IMG/VR virus record: IMGVR_UViG_3300005253_000088
Coordinates: 1-52,284 of that record
Origin: a virus
Lineage: Duplodnaviria; Caudoviricetes
Strand: one strand, 5' to 3'
DNA length: 52,284 nucleotides
Part shown: positions 25,682 to 34,662 of the stretch, in pieces
Position numbering within the stretch: position 1 is the stretch's first letter
Layout of the letters: every line of letters begins with the position of its first letter
The notes under the pieces: generated by a model
Database searches by the model: none
What the model was told of the DNA's origin: nothing
The model's input: only the letters and a program-made list of their open reading frames with translations
Translations under genes and position numbers: made by a program

Positions 25682-26245
25682 GTGACTACCCTTAAACAGA
25701 AACCGCTTAGTGAAAAATATATCAGAACGATAGATTTCTATTTCGAGAATGGTTTCAATAAACAGGAAGCGATGCTTAGCGCTGGGTGGGCTGAGGTTAC
25801 GGCTAAGACGGATACAACCCGTTTCTTTACCCGTGAAGACGTAAAAGGAGAGATTGCCCGCCGCCAAGCAAAGCTCGCTAAAAAGCATGAGCTTACCACG
25901 GATTGGATTATCACCCGTCTTATGCGTATCGCTAATGCTTCAGAATCCTTAGCTAAATTTAAGAGAGTGAGTGAAGATGGGATGCTTTACTGGGATTTTG
26001 CTGATGCTACTCCCGAAGATTTAAAGGTTATCAGTGGTTTAATGACTGAAAGCTATCAAGATGGCCGGGGTAAAGAAGCTAAAATTATCAAGAAATTCAA
26101 AATCAAGGAAAGAGATGAAAAGGGAGCTTTAGATAGCCTCGCCCGCATCAAGGGCATGTTTGATGATAAGATGACAGTGGCCGGTGAGCTTTCCTTGGTG
26201 GAGCGGCTCCAACGTGGCCGTAAGAGAGCGAATAAAGGAGAATAG
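25682..26245 (+). CDS. terS: Terminase small subunit
   Basis: N..EA.LSAG...TA, V..EI......LA.K..LT.D.I...L..IA and KIK..D.KGALD.LARI.GMF motifs. Confidence 0.85.
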   Translation: MTTLKQKPLSEKYIRTIDFYFENGFNKQEAMLSAGWAEVTAKTDTTRFFTREDVKGEIARRQAKLAKKHELTTDWIITRLMRIANASESLAKFKRVSEDGMLYWDFADATPEDLKVISGLMTESYQDGRGKEAKIIKKFKIKERDEKGALDSLARIKGMFDDKMTVAGELSLVERLQRGRKRANKGE

Positions 26246-26250
26246 GAGAA

Positions 26251-26466
26251 ATGGGTAATGTCGTAGAATTAGATTGTATAACAACTTTAGATATTTCAGC
26301 CGATAGGGTTTTAAGTGCGGCATTAGAAGAAGATTTAGCTGGGGTTGTACTCGTTGGGTATAAAAAAGATGGGTCAGAATTCTTTCGATCTAGTTACGCT
26401 GACGGTGGAACTATATTATGGTTATTTGAAAAGTGTAAGAAACAATTGTTAGAAATGTGGAACTAG
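26251..26466 (+). CDS. Conserved phage hypothetical protein
   Basis: TTLDI..DRVL..A....L..VVLVG...DG.EFF.SS.ADGG..LWL.E..K..LL; AGGAG RBS. Confidence 0.7.
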   Translation: MGNVVELDCITTLDISADRVLSAALEEDLAGVVLVGYKKDGSEFFRSSYADGGTILWLFEKCKKQLLEMWN

Positions 26467-26469
26467 AGA

Positions 26470-26895
26470 ATGAAATTTTCTAATCTTCACTACCCGCTTC
26501 CGTTAAGAACTCTTTATCTAGGAAAAGAAAAACATCTTCTTTTATCTAATTTTATGATAAGATGGGATGGAGGGAAAATTACAGCTAGACAAGGCTTTAT
26601 TTGGGATGGGGCATCTATTCCTCATAGGTTGAGAGGGATAGTTAGTAAGGCAGGGGATATTCAATGGGCAGCTTGTATTCACGACTGGTTATATTTAAAT
26701 CGTGTACTGGATGATAACACTATCATATATAGAGCATTTGCTGATAGAATTCTTTTAGAAGGAATGAAAGAAGTTCCTGTTGAAGTAGAAAATGGGGATA
26801 CAACTGTAAGGGTTCCTTGGTATCGACGTGGTATAGTATATAGTGGTGTTAGAATTGGTGGTTGGTTAGTTTGGAATCGAAGAAATTTTGATTAG
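26470..26895 (+). CDS. DUF1353 family protein
   Basis: GF.WDGASIP, AA.IHDWLY, R..AD.I..E.M and VPWYRR.I.Y.GVR.GG. Confidence 0.85.
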   Translation: MKFSNLHYPLPLRTLYLGKEKHLLLSNFMIRWDGGKITARQGFIWDGASIPHRLRGIVSKAGDIQWAACIHDWLYLNRVLDDNTIIYRAFADRILLEGMKEVPVEVENGDTTVRVPWYRRGIVYSGVRIGGWLVWNRRNFD

Positions 26896-26904
26896 GAGAA
26901 GACT

Positions 26905-27270
26905 ATGAGATTTTTAGCTTTAGTTTTAGCGTTGTTTTTGTTTGTGGCTCCTGCTCATGCTGTTCACCCCGGCTCAACCGTTACGGCTGACATTATCGCC
27001 CAGAATACATTCACTGATGCTCTTGTGAACATCAATTCTGTACGCGGTCGAGCCACTGCTACACGTGTCTCCATCTCAGTATCCGGCACATTTGGTGCCA
27101 CTGTAACGCTTCAGCGTAGGCTAGACGGGACCAACTGGCGCGATGTTAGCAATTGGACTACCACGACAGAAGAAAGCTATATTGTTGATCAAAGGGTTGA
27201 TTTACGTATAGGCGTCAAAACTGGCAATTTTACATCTGGAACTGCTGTCGTAAGACTGGGCTCGCACTAG
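26905..27270 (+). CDS. Signal-peptide-bearing small beta-sandwich protein
   Basis: MRFLALVLALFLFVAPAHA| followed by SGTFGATVTLQR..DG.NW...LRIGVKTGNFTSGT. Confidence 0.75.
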   Translation: MRFLALVLALFLFVAPAHAVHPGSTVTADIIAQNTFTDALVNINSVRGRATATRVSISVSGTFGATVTLQRRLDGTNWRDVSNWTTTTEESYIVDQRVDLRIGVKTGNFTSGTAVVRLGSH

Positions 27271-27271
27271 A

Positions 27272-28654
27272 ATGAAAAAGCTTCTACTTTCGCTAGCTCT
27301 ACTCGTAGGGCTGGCGTTCCCCGCATCTGCCACTGAAGTCTCTGTCTGTTCTCCTGTAGTTGATCCCGTACAGGTGGGAGCAGTCTTATATGACTGTGAT
27401 CCTACTCTCACCTTAGACTTCAACTTCGCTACTGATCGGAGTTTGCAAGGCCGTAGAGGGCCAACCCTCACCTATTCTGGTGGGAATAACGGAACATATT
27501 TTGACAGCGCGGGAGTGTTGCAAACCTCGGGAACAAACGAAGCCCGCTTCACCCATGATCCGGCGACAGGCGCATCCCTTGGGCTGCTAATCGAGGAAGC
27601 GCGGACGAATTTGCTGCTTCAGAGTGAGGATTTCTCGACCACTTGGGTAGACTCTGCTGTTACTCCGGTGGGGATTTCAACAAATACCACTGTTGCTCCT
27701 GACGGGAACACCACCGCAGATACTCTCACAGACGATAGCGCAGTAAATTTCGAGGGCCTAGAGCAAGCCATTACCGTTGCCAATAACTCAACACCGTGGA
27801 CCGCTACCGTATATATTAAGAAGGACAGTGACGAGACAAGGTTCTCCGAACTTCAAATAAAGCTTACCGGCGGCACTCTCCAGCGAGTGAATGTTTCGCT
27901 TAATACAAGTACGGGGGCTATCCTGGAACGCGCATCAACCGGGACAACCGTAGTCTCAGTTCAAGACGCGGGGGATTATTGGCGGCTAAGGGTGACGGTC
28001 GATAATAACTCTACCGGCAACGTCACACTTGAAGTTTTCCTTTTCCCCGCCGCTGGCAATACATTAGGGACCATTTCCGCCACCGCAACCGGATCAATCA
28101 TCGCTTGGGGGGCGCAATTAGAAAACGCCGCTTTCCCGCTCAGTTACATCTCCACCACCACTGCCGCCGTCACCCGTTCCTTGGACGTAGCGGGGACAAC
28201 TGACGTGACATGGTTTAACCAGAGCGAAGGGACGATCTTAGTAGAAGTAACCCACTTAGCCTTGGTCGGAACAGCCGACTACCTAATCCAAATTGATGAC
28301 GGAGGCAGTTCTGATCGAATATTTTTGATTACGGACACAAACGATAAAACAACACTTAACACGACCAATTCAAGCGGGGATAATGGTAGTTCCGTAGTTG
28401 ATGTTGTCGTTGTTGCTGGAACATCGTTTAAGGCGATTGGAGCATTTGCACAAGATGACGTGGTTGCGGGAAAAGATGGGGTCTTGGACGCCACTCCCGA
28501 CACCACTGCCGATTTCCCAACTGCGGATGCGTTAACGACTGTCCGGATTGGCGATAGTCACGCGGGCGACCGAACCGTGAACGGCACCATCGCCAAAATC
28601 AGATATTGGCATGTCCACAAGGAAGATAATTTCTTGATTAATAGGACTAATTGA
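27272..28654 (+). CDS. Signal-peptide-bearing head-spike/fibre-like protein with carbohydrate-binding and LamG-like domains
   Basis: MKKLLLSLALLVGLAFPASA|; GTYFD..G.LQT....ARF.HDP.TG..LGLLIEEARTNLLLQSEDF and WGAQLE.....SYI.TT.AAVTR..D, a signature of phage spike/fibre proteins. Confidence 0.8.
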   Translation: MKKLLLSLALLVGLAFPASATEVSVCSPVVDPVQVGAVLYDCDPTLTLDFNFATDRSLQGRRGPTLTYSGGNNGTYFDSAGVLQTSGTNEARFTHDPATGASLGLLIEEARTNLLLQSEDFSTTWVDSAVTPVGISTNTTVAPDGNTTADTLTDDSAVNFEGLEQAITVANNSTPWTATVYIKKDSDETRFSELQIKLTGGTLQRVNVSLNTSTGAILERASTGTTVVSVQDAGDYWRLRVTVDNNSTGNVTLEVFLFPAAGNTLGTISATATGSIIAWGAQLENAAFPLSYISTTTAAVTRSLDVAGTTDVTWFNQSEGTILVEVTHLALVGTADYLIQIDDGGSSDRIFLITDTNDKTTLNTTNSSGDNGSSVVDVVVVAGTSFKAIGAFAQDDVVAGKDGVLDATPDTTADFPTADALTTVRIGDSHAGDRTVNGTIAKIRYWHVHKEDNFLINRTN

Positions 28655-28679
28655 CATAGAGGAAATTTGAGTGTATTAT
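28651..28679 (+). promoter_or_regulatory. Internal sigma70-like promoter TTGACA-N17-TATTAT
   Basis: Near-consensus; overlaps the stop codon of the 27272 gene. Confidence 0.7.
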
Positions 28680-28710
28680 CGGGGGAAATGCGAATATATA
28701 AGGAAGCATC

Positions 28711-29076
28711 ATGGCGACCATAGGTAAAATAACGACTCCCCAGCCTGGAAGATCATTTCATACTATTTGGGAGACGATGACAGAGACGGATAACGTAGGT
28801 GAAGCTCTCACTAATCCTGGGGCCTCGGATCGCAGTGTTCATTTGCTGGGAACTGTAGGAGGTGCTACTATCCTAATTGAGGGGAGTAATGTTCTTGTGC
28901 CTTCGAGTGATACAGATTGGTTCACTCTCCATGACGAAAACGGCGATGTGTTGAGTTTCACTGCTGTCGATGACGGCCACGCTATTTCAGAGAACGTCTT
29001 ACATTACAGGCCTCGGCTCACTAGTGGTTCTGGTGTTGATATCGATATTATCATCTTCTCAAGGAGCACCATGTAA
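28711..29076 (+). CDS. Small beta-sandwich structural-like protein
   Basis: DRSVHLLGTVGGATILIEGSN...W.TL.D..G......RPRLTSG. Confidence 0.7.
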   Translation: MATIGKITTPQPGRSFHTIWETMTETDNVGEALTNPGASDRSVHLLGTVGGATILIEGSNVLVPSSDTDWFTLHDENGDVLSFTAVDDGHAISENVLHYRPRLTSGSGVDIDIIIFSRSTM

Positions 29077-29558
29077 TGAGTGATCTAAGCCAAGCTGTAG
29101 CGCTGGTTAAAGGGCTAGGCAAGCAGTATCGTGCTGTCCTGGCTGTCTCTAAAGCCTTGGAGGGGATCAACAACCTTGACTTGGCCCGAGAGAAGGCTGA
29201 GCGGACAACCAAGGACGCTATACAGGCCGCTGCGGCTGCTGAAGCTGAGCGAATTGAAGTTGAGAAGGAGCTTGATGAAGCTAACGAGGCCTTGGGTTTC
29301 GCCCGTTCTGAGGCCAAGAAGGTTTTGGCTGATGGTGATGCTAAGGCGCGGAAAGCCTTTCAGGACGCTGTAGCCAAGGGCGATAAAGTCATTCAAGAAG
29401 CAAAAGATAAGCAGGAAGCTATCGCTGATAAGGTATCACGTGATACCAAAGAGCATGATTTGAAGATGAAAAGGTTTAAAGCTTTTGAAGATGTAGCTCA
29501 GGCTAAACTTGATGCGATTCAAGAAGAGATTGATGCGTTGAAAAAGAGGTTAGGATGA
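29076..29558 (+). CDS. Coiled-coil protein
   Basis: A/E/K-rich heptad pattern throughout. Confidence 0.65.
   Translation: MSDLSQAVALVKGLGKQYRAVLAVSKALEGINNLDLAREKAERTTKDAIQAAAAAEAERIEVEKELDEANEALGFARSEAKKVLADGDAKARKAFQDAVAKGDKVIQEAKDKQEAIADKVSRDTKEHDLKMKRFKAFEDVAQAKLDAIQEEIDALKKRLG
29433..29446. promoter_or_regulatory. Dispersed palindrome site 6, perfect (16-bp GGTATCACGTGATACC at 29432-29447)
   Basis: Direct match inside a CDS. Confidence 0.65.
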
Positions 29559-30160
29559 TGAGAGAATTAGATACCAAGACCCTTGGGGAATTTGCTTGCG
29601 CTTGTGCAACAAATTTTACTCAACCCTCTCGCTATTCTACAACCCACCCGAAGGTTGCGATCTACGGACGTGAATGGGTTTTGCAGTGCTTGGTCAATCT
29701 GCATTTCAAGGATGAGTTTGAGTATGTTGTAGCTGCGATCAAGCCGAAACTTGGTCCTGAAATTCTAGTCGAATTCGAGAAGGAGACGGCTGAGCGATTC
29801 ACGCCACGCTTTGATACAGTGTTGGCGGAACAATTGGCTTTGCGCCTCGCCATCACGCCGGAAGGCGATCATATCCCAGGTAAGATCGGCAATGTCCTGG
29901 TGGGCAGCCGCACGGTGGCCAACCGCATCACCTCATTCGAGAAAAAAGGCTCCATGCGCCGACGCCTCAATGCCTATGAGGCCGGTGAACCCCCGCCTGC
30001 ACCCGAAGTGATCAGCATCACGCGTCCCGCCAACTGGCCGGTCTATGCCGGTGAGGACGAGGAACGTGCCCTGGAAGGCGGGGGTGCAGCCGATCCACTC
30101 CCCAATCCCAACACCATGTTCGTCGGTGATCAGCATATGCAACCAGTGAAGGAGGGCTGA
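29555..30160 (+). CDS. Hypothetical protein
   Basis: ATGA-coupled; base composition shifts to GC-rich in the 3' half. Confidence 0.55.
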   Translation: MMRELDTKTLGEFACACATNFTQPSRYSTTHPKVAIYGREWVLQCLVNLHFKDEFEYVVAAIKPKLGPEILVEFEKETAERFTPRFDTVLAEQLALRLAITPEGDHIPGKIGNVLVGSRTVANRITSFEKKGSMRRRLNAYEAGEPPPAPEVISITRPANWPVYAGEDEERALEGGGAADPLPNPNTMFVGDQHMQPVKEG

Positions 30161-30162
30161 TT

Positions 30163-30603
30163 ATGGCACTCAATCCACGTATCGCCAACGTGATCGCCAT
30201 TCTTGGCCTGGACGCGCTGCTTGACGGTCTTGATGCCGGAGCAGGTGCAGCCACCATAGACGGACGGTCTGGTGCGCAACCCGCCGATCCCGATACTACC
30301 ATCACGGGCACACGGCTGTTCGCCAATGTGATGACGGACCCGGCGTTTGCGGGTGCGACCGACGGCGCTGGTAAGGCGACTGCGGCGGCATCAGCTATCA
30401 GCGATGACACCAGTGCCGACGCCACCGGCACCCTGGGCTATAACCGCATTGGCTCCACCACCACGCCGCCAACGCTGATCGATGACCTGATCGACGGCGA
30501 GTGCGGCACCTCGGGCGCGGACTACAATTACAACACCCTCGCCATCGTTTCCGGCGCGACGGTCTCCATGTCGGCCCTGACGATTGATCTAAGCGAGACT
30601 TGA
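30163..30603 (+). CDS. Putative virion structural protein
   Basis: I..RSG.QPA.PD...TGT.L.......PAF..A..G.ATA..I..DT.ADATGT...RI...DG.CGTSGAD...NT.AI.SG.TV is a recurrent phage minor-structural pattern. Confidence 0.65.
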   Translation: MALNPRIANVIAILGLDALLDGLDAGAGAATIDGRSGAQPADPDTTITGTRLFANVMTDPAFAGATDGAGKATAAASAISDDTSADATGTLGYNRIGSTTTPPTLIDDLIDGECGTSGADYNYNTLAIVSGATVSMSALTIDLSET

Positions 30604-30615
30604 TAGGAAAGAATT

Positions 30616-31194
30616 ATGGCCACAAATGATGTTCTCCTAAAAACAGGAACACAGATTTCATTCGCGGATCATGCGACAGATTTTTCTGGCGGGGCTGCCA
30701 AGACTTCTGTTGAGCAAGCCGGGGCGACTGATGTTCAGGTTGATCTCACAGGCCTTGTGGCCGGGGCGGGTCGGGAAAGTGCGAAGTTCGATTTCGGGGC
30801 CACACGGGCGCGCAACTATTCAATCATGGCGTCCCTTGAATTCGCCACGGCTCCCGTCACCGGGGAGGTGGTTAGCTTCTATCTGGTCCCCTCCAATGAC
30901 GCCACGGCTGCCAACGGTAATCCACAAAGCATTGACGGTGTGGATGCCGCCGCCCCGTCCGGTCACAGCACTTTGGCGGAACTCATAGCGGCCAGTATGT
31001 GGATCGGGAGTTTCGTGTGTTCTGCCGATGCCACAACGACGGTGCAAACGGCTTGGTGCGGGTCTTTCAGACCGCCAACCCGGCACGGCATTTTACTTGT
31101 TGTCAATGATACCTCCGACGCGATCCACTCCGACGCCGTAGAGTGCAACATCGTCTTTGATCCTAACGTTGATGAAATCCAAGCAGCGGTATAA
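30616..31194 (+). CDS. Putative virion structural protein (beta-sandwich)
   Basis: Beta-rich, Ala/Thr/Gly composition; AGGA RBS. Confidence 0.6.
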   Translation: MATNDVLLKTGTQISFADHATDFSGGAAKTSVEQAGATDVQVDLTGLVAGAGRESAKFDFGATRARNYSIMASLEFATAPVTGEVVSFYLVPSNDATAANGNPQSIDGVDAAAPSGHSTLAELIAASMWIGSFVCSADATTTVQTAWCGSFRPPTRHGILLVVNDTSDAIHSDAVECNIVFDPNVDEIQAAV

Positions 31195-31199
31195 GGCTC

Positions 31200-32441
31200 G
31201 TGTCCAATAATTCTCGAAAGCCCGCCCGTTGGGGCTTTGACAAAGGACTGGCCGATCCCAAGTGGGATTGGTTTTGGCGTTCCAACCCTACTGTTTTCCC
31301 GTTTTGGGAGGGCGCTGGTTCATCCAAAGCTGTAGTTGAGCCACGGTTAGCCACCCCCAGCGCTTCCCCATGGATAGCGTCTGCCGCTGGTCTTGCCATC
31401 GACATGAACGACGATGGCGACAAGATAGTCCTGGACCCGGTATTCGATTTCTCCGCATGGGATAAGTTTTCTTGTTTCATTGCGATTGATGTTGACAGTT
31501 ATGAGGGGGGAAACCCAGCTTTTTGGCGCACGGCCGCCGGGGCGACTGGAAATACATTCTTTATCACCAACGGTGGTGGTGGACTTTGGGTTAGGTGGGG
31601 TGGGACCGACACCGCCAAGACCACGACAACACTAGGCACGGGACAAAAGTTCTTTGGCTTCTCCACAAAATCAGGTGACACAAGTGCATTTCTTGACGGG
31701 AAAAATATAGGCAGTTCCGCAAACGCTTATACTTGGCCGGGTGGTAGTAGCGCAACTATAAGTTTTTTGGGCTGGCAAACCTCGGGCGCGGAACGAGTAG
31801 ACGGCAAATATCAATTGATTGTTTTTGCCGAGGATCACTGGACAGATACTCAACACGCTCTACTAGCCGCCGACCCCTTCGGCCCGTTCCGCATGATAGA
31901 CGAGGTTGGCGTGGTTGCCGGGGTGGCTGGCGCTCCAAGCGGCTCCGGCACTCTCACCTTCGGCCCCATCGCCATATCGGGCACCGGGGACATGCAGGCG
32001 GACGGGACGGGGGGGTTAGTGCTTTCAAGGCCGTCAATCGCTGGCACGGGAGTTGCGGGGGCCGATGGTACAGGTGCTCTGGCTCTGGGGCCACCACTGA
32101 TTGCTGGAACGGCGGTGGAAGAGTTCATAGGCTCGGGTGTACTTGCCCTTGCGGTTCCGGCTATAGCGGGCACGGGCAGTCATAGCACCGATGCCCCAGC
32201 CGGCACGGGGGCGCTGCTGTTAGGCGTGCCAAGTATTGTCGGCACCGGCATAGAAGAATTGATTGGGTCAGGGGCGCTCACCTTGGCCCGTCCGAATATC
32301 GCCGGCACGGGAGTTGCGGGGGCTGATGGCGTGGGTATCCTGACTATCGCCGTGATCGTCATCACCGGCACCGGGCTTGGAGGCGTAGTTGCTGCTCTTG
32401 CAGGCTTATTTCCTAGAATACGTAGGCGAAGGCGTAGATAA
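31200..32441 (+). CDS. LamG/ConA-like domain + Gly-rich GTG repeat stalk + poly-Arg tail
   Basis: FLDGK..G LamG-like region; repeated G.G.L.L..P.IAGTG units; ends FPRIRRRRRR. Confidence 0.7.
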   Translation: MSNNSRKPARWGFDKGLADPKWDWFWRSNPTVFPFWEGAGSSKAVVEPRLATPSASPWIASAAGLAIDMNDDGDKIVLDPVFDFSAWDKFSCFIAIDVDSYEGGNPAFWRTAAGATGNTFFITNGGGGLWVRWGGTDTAKTTTTLGTGQKFFGFSTKSGDTSAFLDGKNIGSSANAYTWPGGSSATISFLGWQTSGAERVDGKYQLIVFAEDHWTDTQHALLAADPFGPFRMIDEVGVVAGVAGAPSGSGTLTFGPIAISGTGDMQADGTGGLVLSRPSIAGTGVAGADGTGALALGPPLIAGTAVEEFIGSGVLALAVPAIAGTGSHSTDAPAGTGALLLGVPSIVGTGIEELIGSGALTLARPNIAGTGVAGADGVGILTIAVIVITGTGLGGVVAALAGLFPRIRRRRRR

Positions 32442-32442
32442 A

Positions 32443-33168
32443 ATGGTTTCTATTGTAGCAGGAGCTAGCGGCGGCGATCCTAACTTCGTAGGCGAGGATG
32501 CTACCGCTTCGCCTACAGCTTCGGGCATAGATAGCATTGCAGTAGGGCCAAACACTACAGCAGCGGGCACTGACGGCATTGCTGCCGGTAACGATGCAAC
32601 TGCTAATGAATCTAGAAATATCGCTATTGGTGCGCTAGCTGGAGCTGGCCAGAATAGTGGGGGGACCATAGAGAATGACGCAATAGCCATTGGAACAGCA
32701 ACTTCATCATTTGAAACCGACTGTATCGCCATTGGAAATAGTGCCCAAGCGGGACAGAGTGGCGCGTCTGTTGATCCAGCAGGAATAGCTATTGGTCGTC
32801 AATCTTTAGCGAACCAAAGTCAAGCTATTGCTATCGGATCACGATCTGATGCTACTGGAACAAATGCTGTAGCCCTTGGAGGGGACGGAACCCTTGGAGC
32901 CCAAGCAACTGCTGCTGACGCAATCGCAGTTGGTACGGCTATAGCCAGCGCTGCCAATGCTGTGGCTATTGGCAATGGGTCGTCTGAAGCTCAGGCATCG
33001 TGTGTTGCCCTGGATGGTTTAACCGGAGCTTTAACGCCTCCAGTCGGCACCACAGGTCAAGTTCCAGGAACGCCACGCAATGGGATGCTTAGGTATGATA
33101 CCACGACAAATAAACTTGTAGTTCGTATTAACGGCGCTTGGCATAGCGTAGATACGACAGCGGTGTAA
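32443..33168 (+). CDS. YadA-head (Hep_Hag)-like repeat fibre/adhesin protein
   Basis: Multiple (S/A)IAIG / AVA(L/I)G repeats; C-terminal PVGTTGQ.P.TP.NGMLRYDTTTNK fibre motif. Start ATG at 32443. Confidence 0.75.
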   Translation: MVSIVAGASGGDPNFVGEDATASPTASGIDSIAVGPNTTAAGTDGIAAGNDATANESRNIAIGALAGAGQNSGGTIENDAIAIGTATSSFETDCIAIGNSAQAGQSGASVDPAGIAIGRQSLANQSQAIAIGSRSDATGTNAVALGGDGTLGAQATAADAIAVGTAIASAANAVAIGNGSSEAQASCVALDGLTGALTPPVGTTGQVPGTPRNGMLRYDTTTNKLVVRINGAWHSVDTTAV

Positions 33169-33171
33169 AAA

Positions 33172-34662
33172 ATGGCATACCTCGGTGATTATCCCGTAGA
33201 TGCTACGGCCTACATATACTTCGATAGCTTCGATGCTAACGGTGCATCCGCTAGCATCACGGGGCTGGCTGTGACTGACATTGAGATTTACAAAAATGGT
33301 TCTATTACACAGCGGGCTAGTGATGCGGGCTACACCTTGCTCGATACAGACGGTATTGACTTTGATGCTCTTGTGGGCATCAATGGCTTTTCGATTGATC
33401 TTTCAAACGATACAGATGCAGGATTTTATGCCGCTGGCGGGGAATACGTCATTGTGGTGTCATCCGTTACGTTGGAAAGCCAAACGGTCAGTTTCATAGC
33501 GGGGACATTTTCCATAGAGCGAACTGGCGGAGCGTTGGCCTTGCTCAAGGGCACCAATAGCTTGGCCAATATTAAAGCCGAGACTGCTTTGATTGTGGCT
33601 GATACAAATGAGCTTCAGACTGATGATGTACCGGGGCTTATTGCAGCTTTGAATAATATTACAGCAGCAAGCATATGGGCCGTTGATGCAACGGGGGAGC
33701 AGACACAAGGAACTTTTGGTCAAGCTATAGGTGATCCCGGGGTGGATGCTGATACTATATATGGAGCCGTTGTAACGGGTGCTGCGGGAGCAAATATTTC
33801 GGTTGATTTAATTAGCGTGAAATCAACAGTTGATAATATCGAAAACGGTGTTAGTATTATTATACAAGACACCAATGAACTTCAGACTGATGATGTACCG
33901 GGGCTTATTGCAGCCCTTAACGACATAGCCGCGACGGATATTGTTTCAGCCGGGGCCATCACTACCCTTTCGGGCGCTGTTGTAAACGTAGATTTAGTAG
34001 ACGTGCTAACAACTTACACGGGCAATACGTTGCAGACGGGAGATACATATTCTTTAGCTAACGGCGCTACTGGTTTTGTAGCGATAGATACGGTTGTTGA
34101 TGCCATCTTAGTAGACACTGGGACCACACTCCAAGCTGAGCTAGATGCTATCCAGGCCGCTGTTATCACCAACGCTGCTGGTGTTGATGTAGCTGCCGAT
34201 ATTATAGCTCTGAAGGCTGAAACTGCCCTGATTGTGGCAGATACAAATGAGCTTCAGACTGATGATGTACCGACACTTATCTCTACCTTGGATGGTGTTG
34301 TAGATACGGTTAAGGCTGAAACTGCTTTAATTGTCGCTGACACCAATGAACTTCAGACTGATTGGGCTGACGGTGGCAGACTTGATGTTATCTTAGATGC
34401 CGTCAGTGCTCCTACAGCAGCAGCGGTTGCCGACGCTGTATGGGATGAGGCACAGTCTGCTCATGTGATATCAGGAAGTTTTGGTATTATTGCTTCAGAA
34501 ATTGCGGATATTCTTATTGATACGGGTACAACTATCCCAGCCACTCTAACTGTTATCAGTGCCGATATAGCCACGACCACTAGTATAGCGGCTTCGGCAG
34601 CGGATACTCACCCACGAGTTCGCACTAGTAGAAGGCGTAGAGATGACAGACGTATCACGTGA
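33172..34662 (+). CDS. Fibre-like coiled-coil repeat protein with an Arg-rich C-terminus
   Basis: Four DTNELQTD units (three preceded by KAETALIVA); VADAVWDE motif; ends RVRTSRRRRDDRRIT. Confidence 0.7.
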   Translation: MAYLGDYPVDATAYIYFDSFDANGASASITGLAVTDIEIYKNGSITQRASDAGYTLLDTDGIDFDALVGINGFSIDLSNDTDAGFYAAGGEYVIVVSSVTLESQTVSFIAGTFSIERTGGALALLKGTNSLANIKAETALIVADTNELQTDDVPGLIAALNNITAASIWAVDATGEQTQGTFGQAIGDPGVDADTIYGAVVTGAAGANISVDLISVKSTVDNIENGVSIIIQDTNELQTDDVPGLIAALNDIAATDIVSAGAITTLSGAVVNVDLVDVLTTYTGNTLQTGDTYSLANGATGFVAIDTVVDAILVDTGTTLQAELDAIQAAVITNAAGVDVAADIIALKAETALIVADTNELQTDDVPTLISTLDGVVDTVKAETALIVADTNELQTDWADGGRLDVILDAVSAPTAAAVADAVWDEAQSAHVISGSFGIIASEIADILIDTGTTIPATLTVISADIATTTSIAASAADTHPRVRTSRRRRDDRRIT

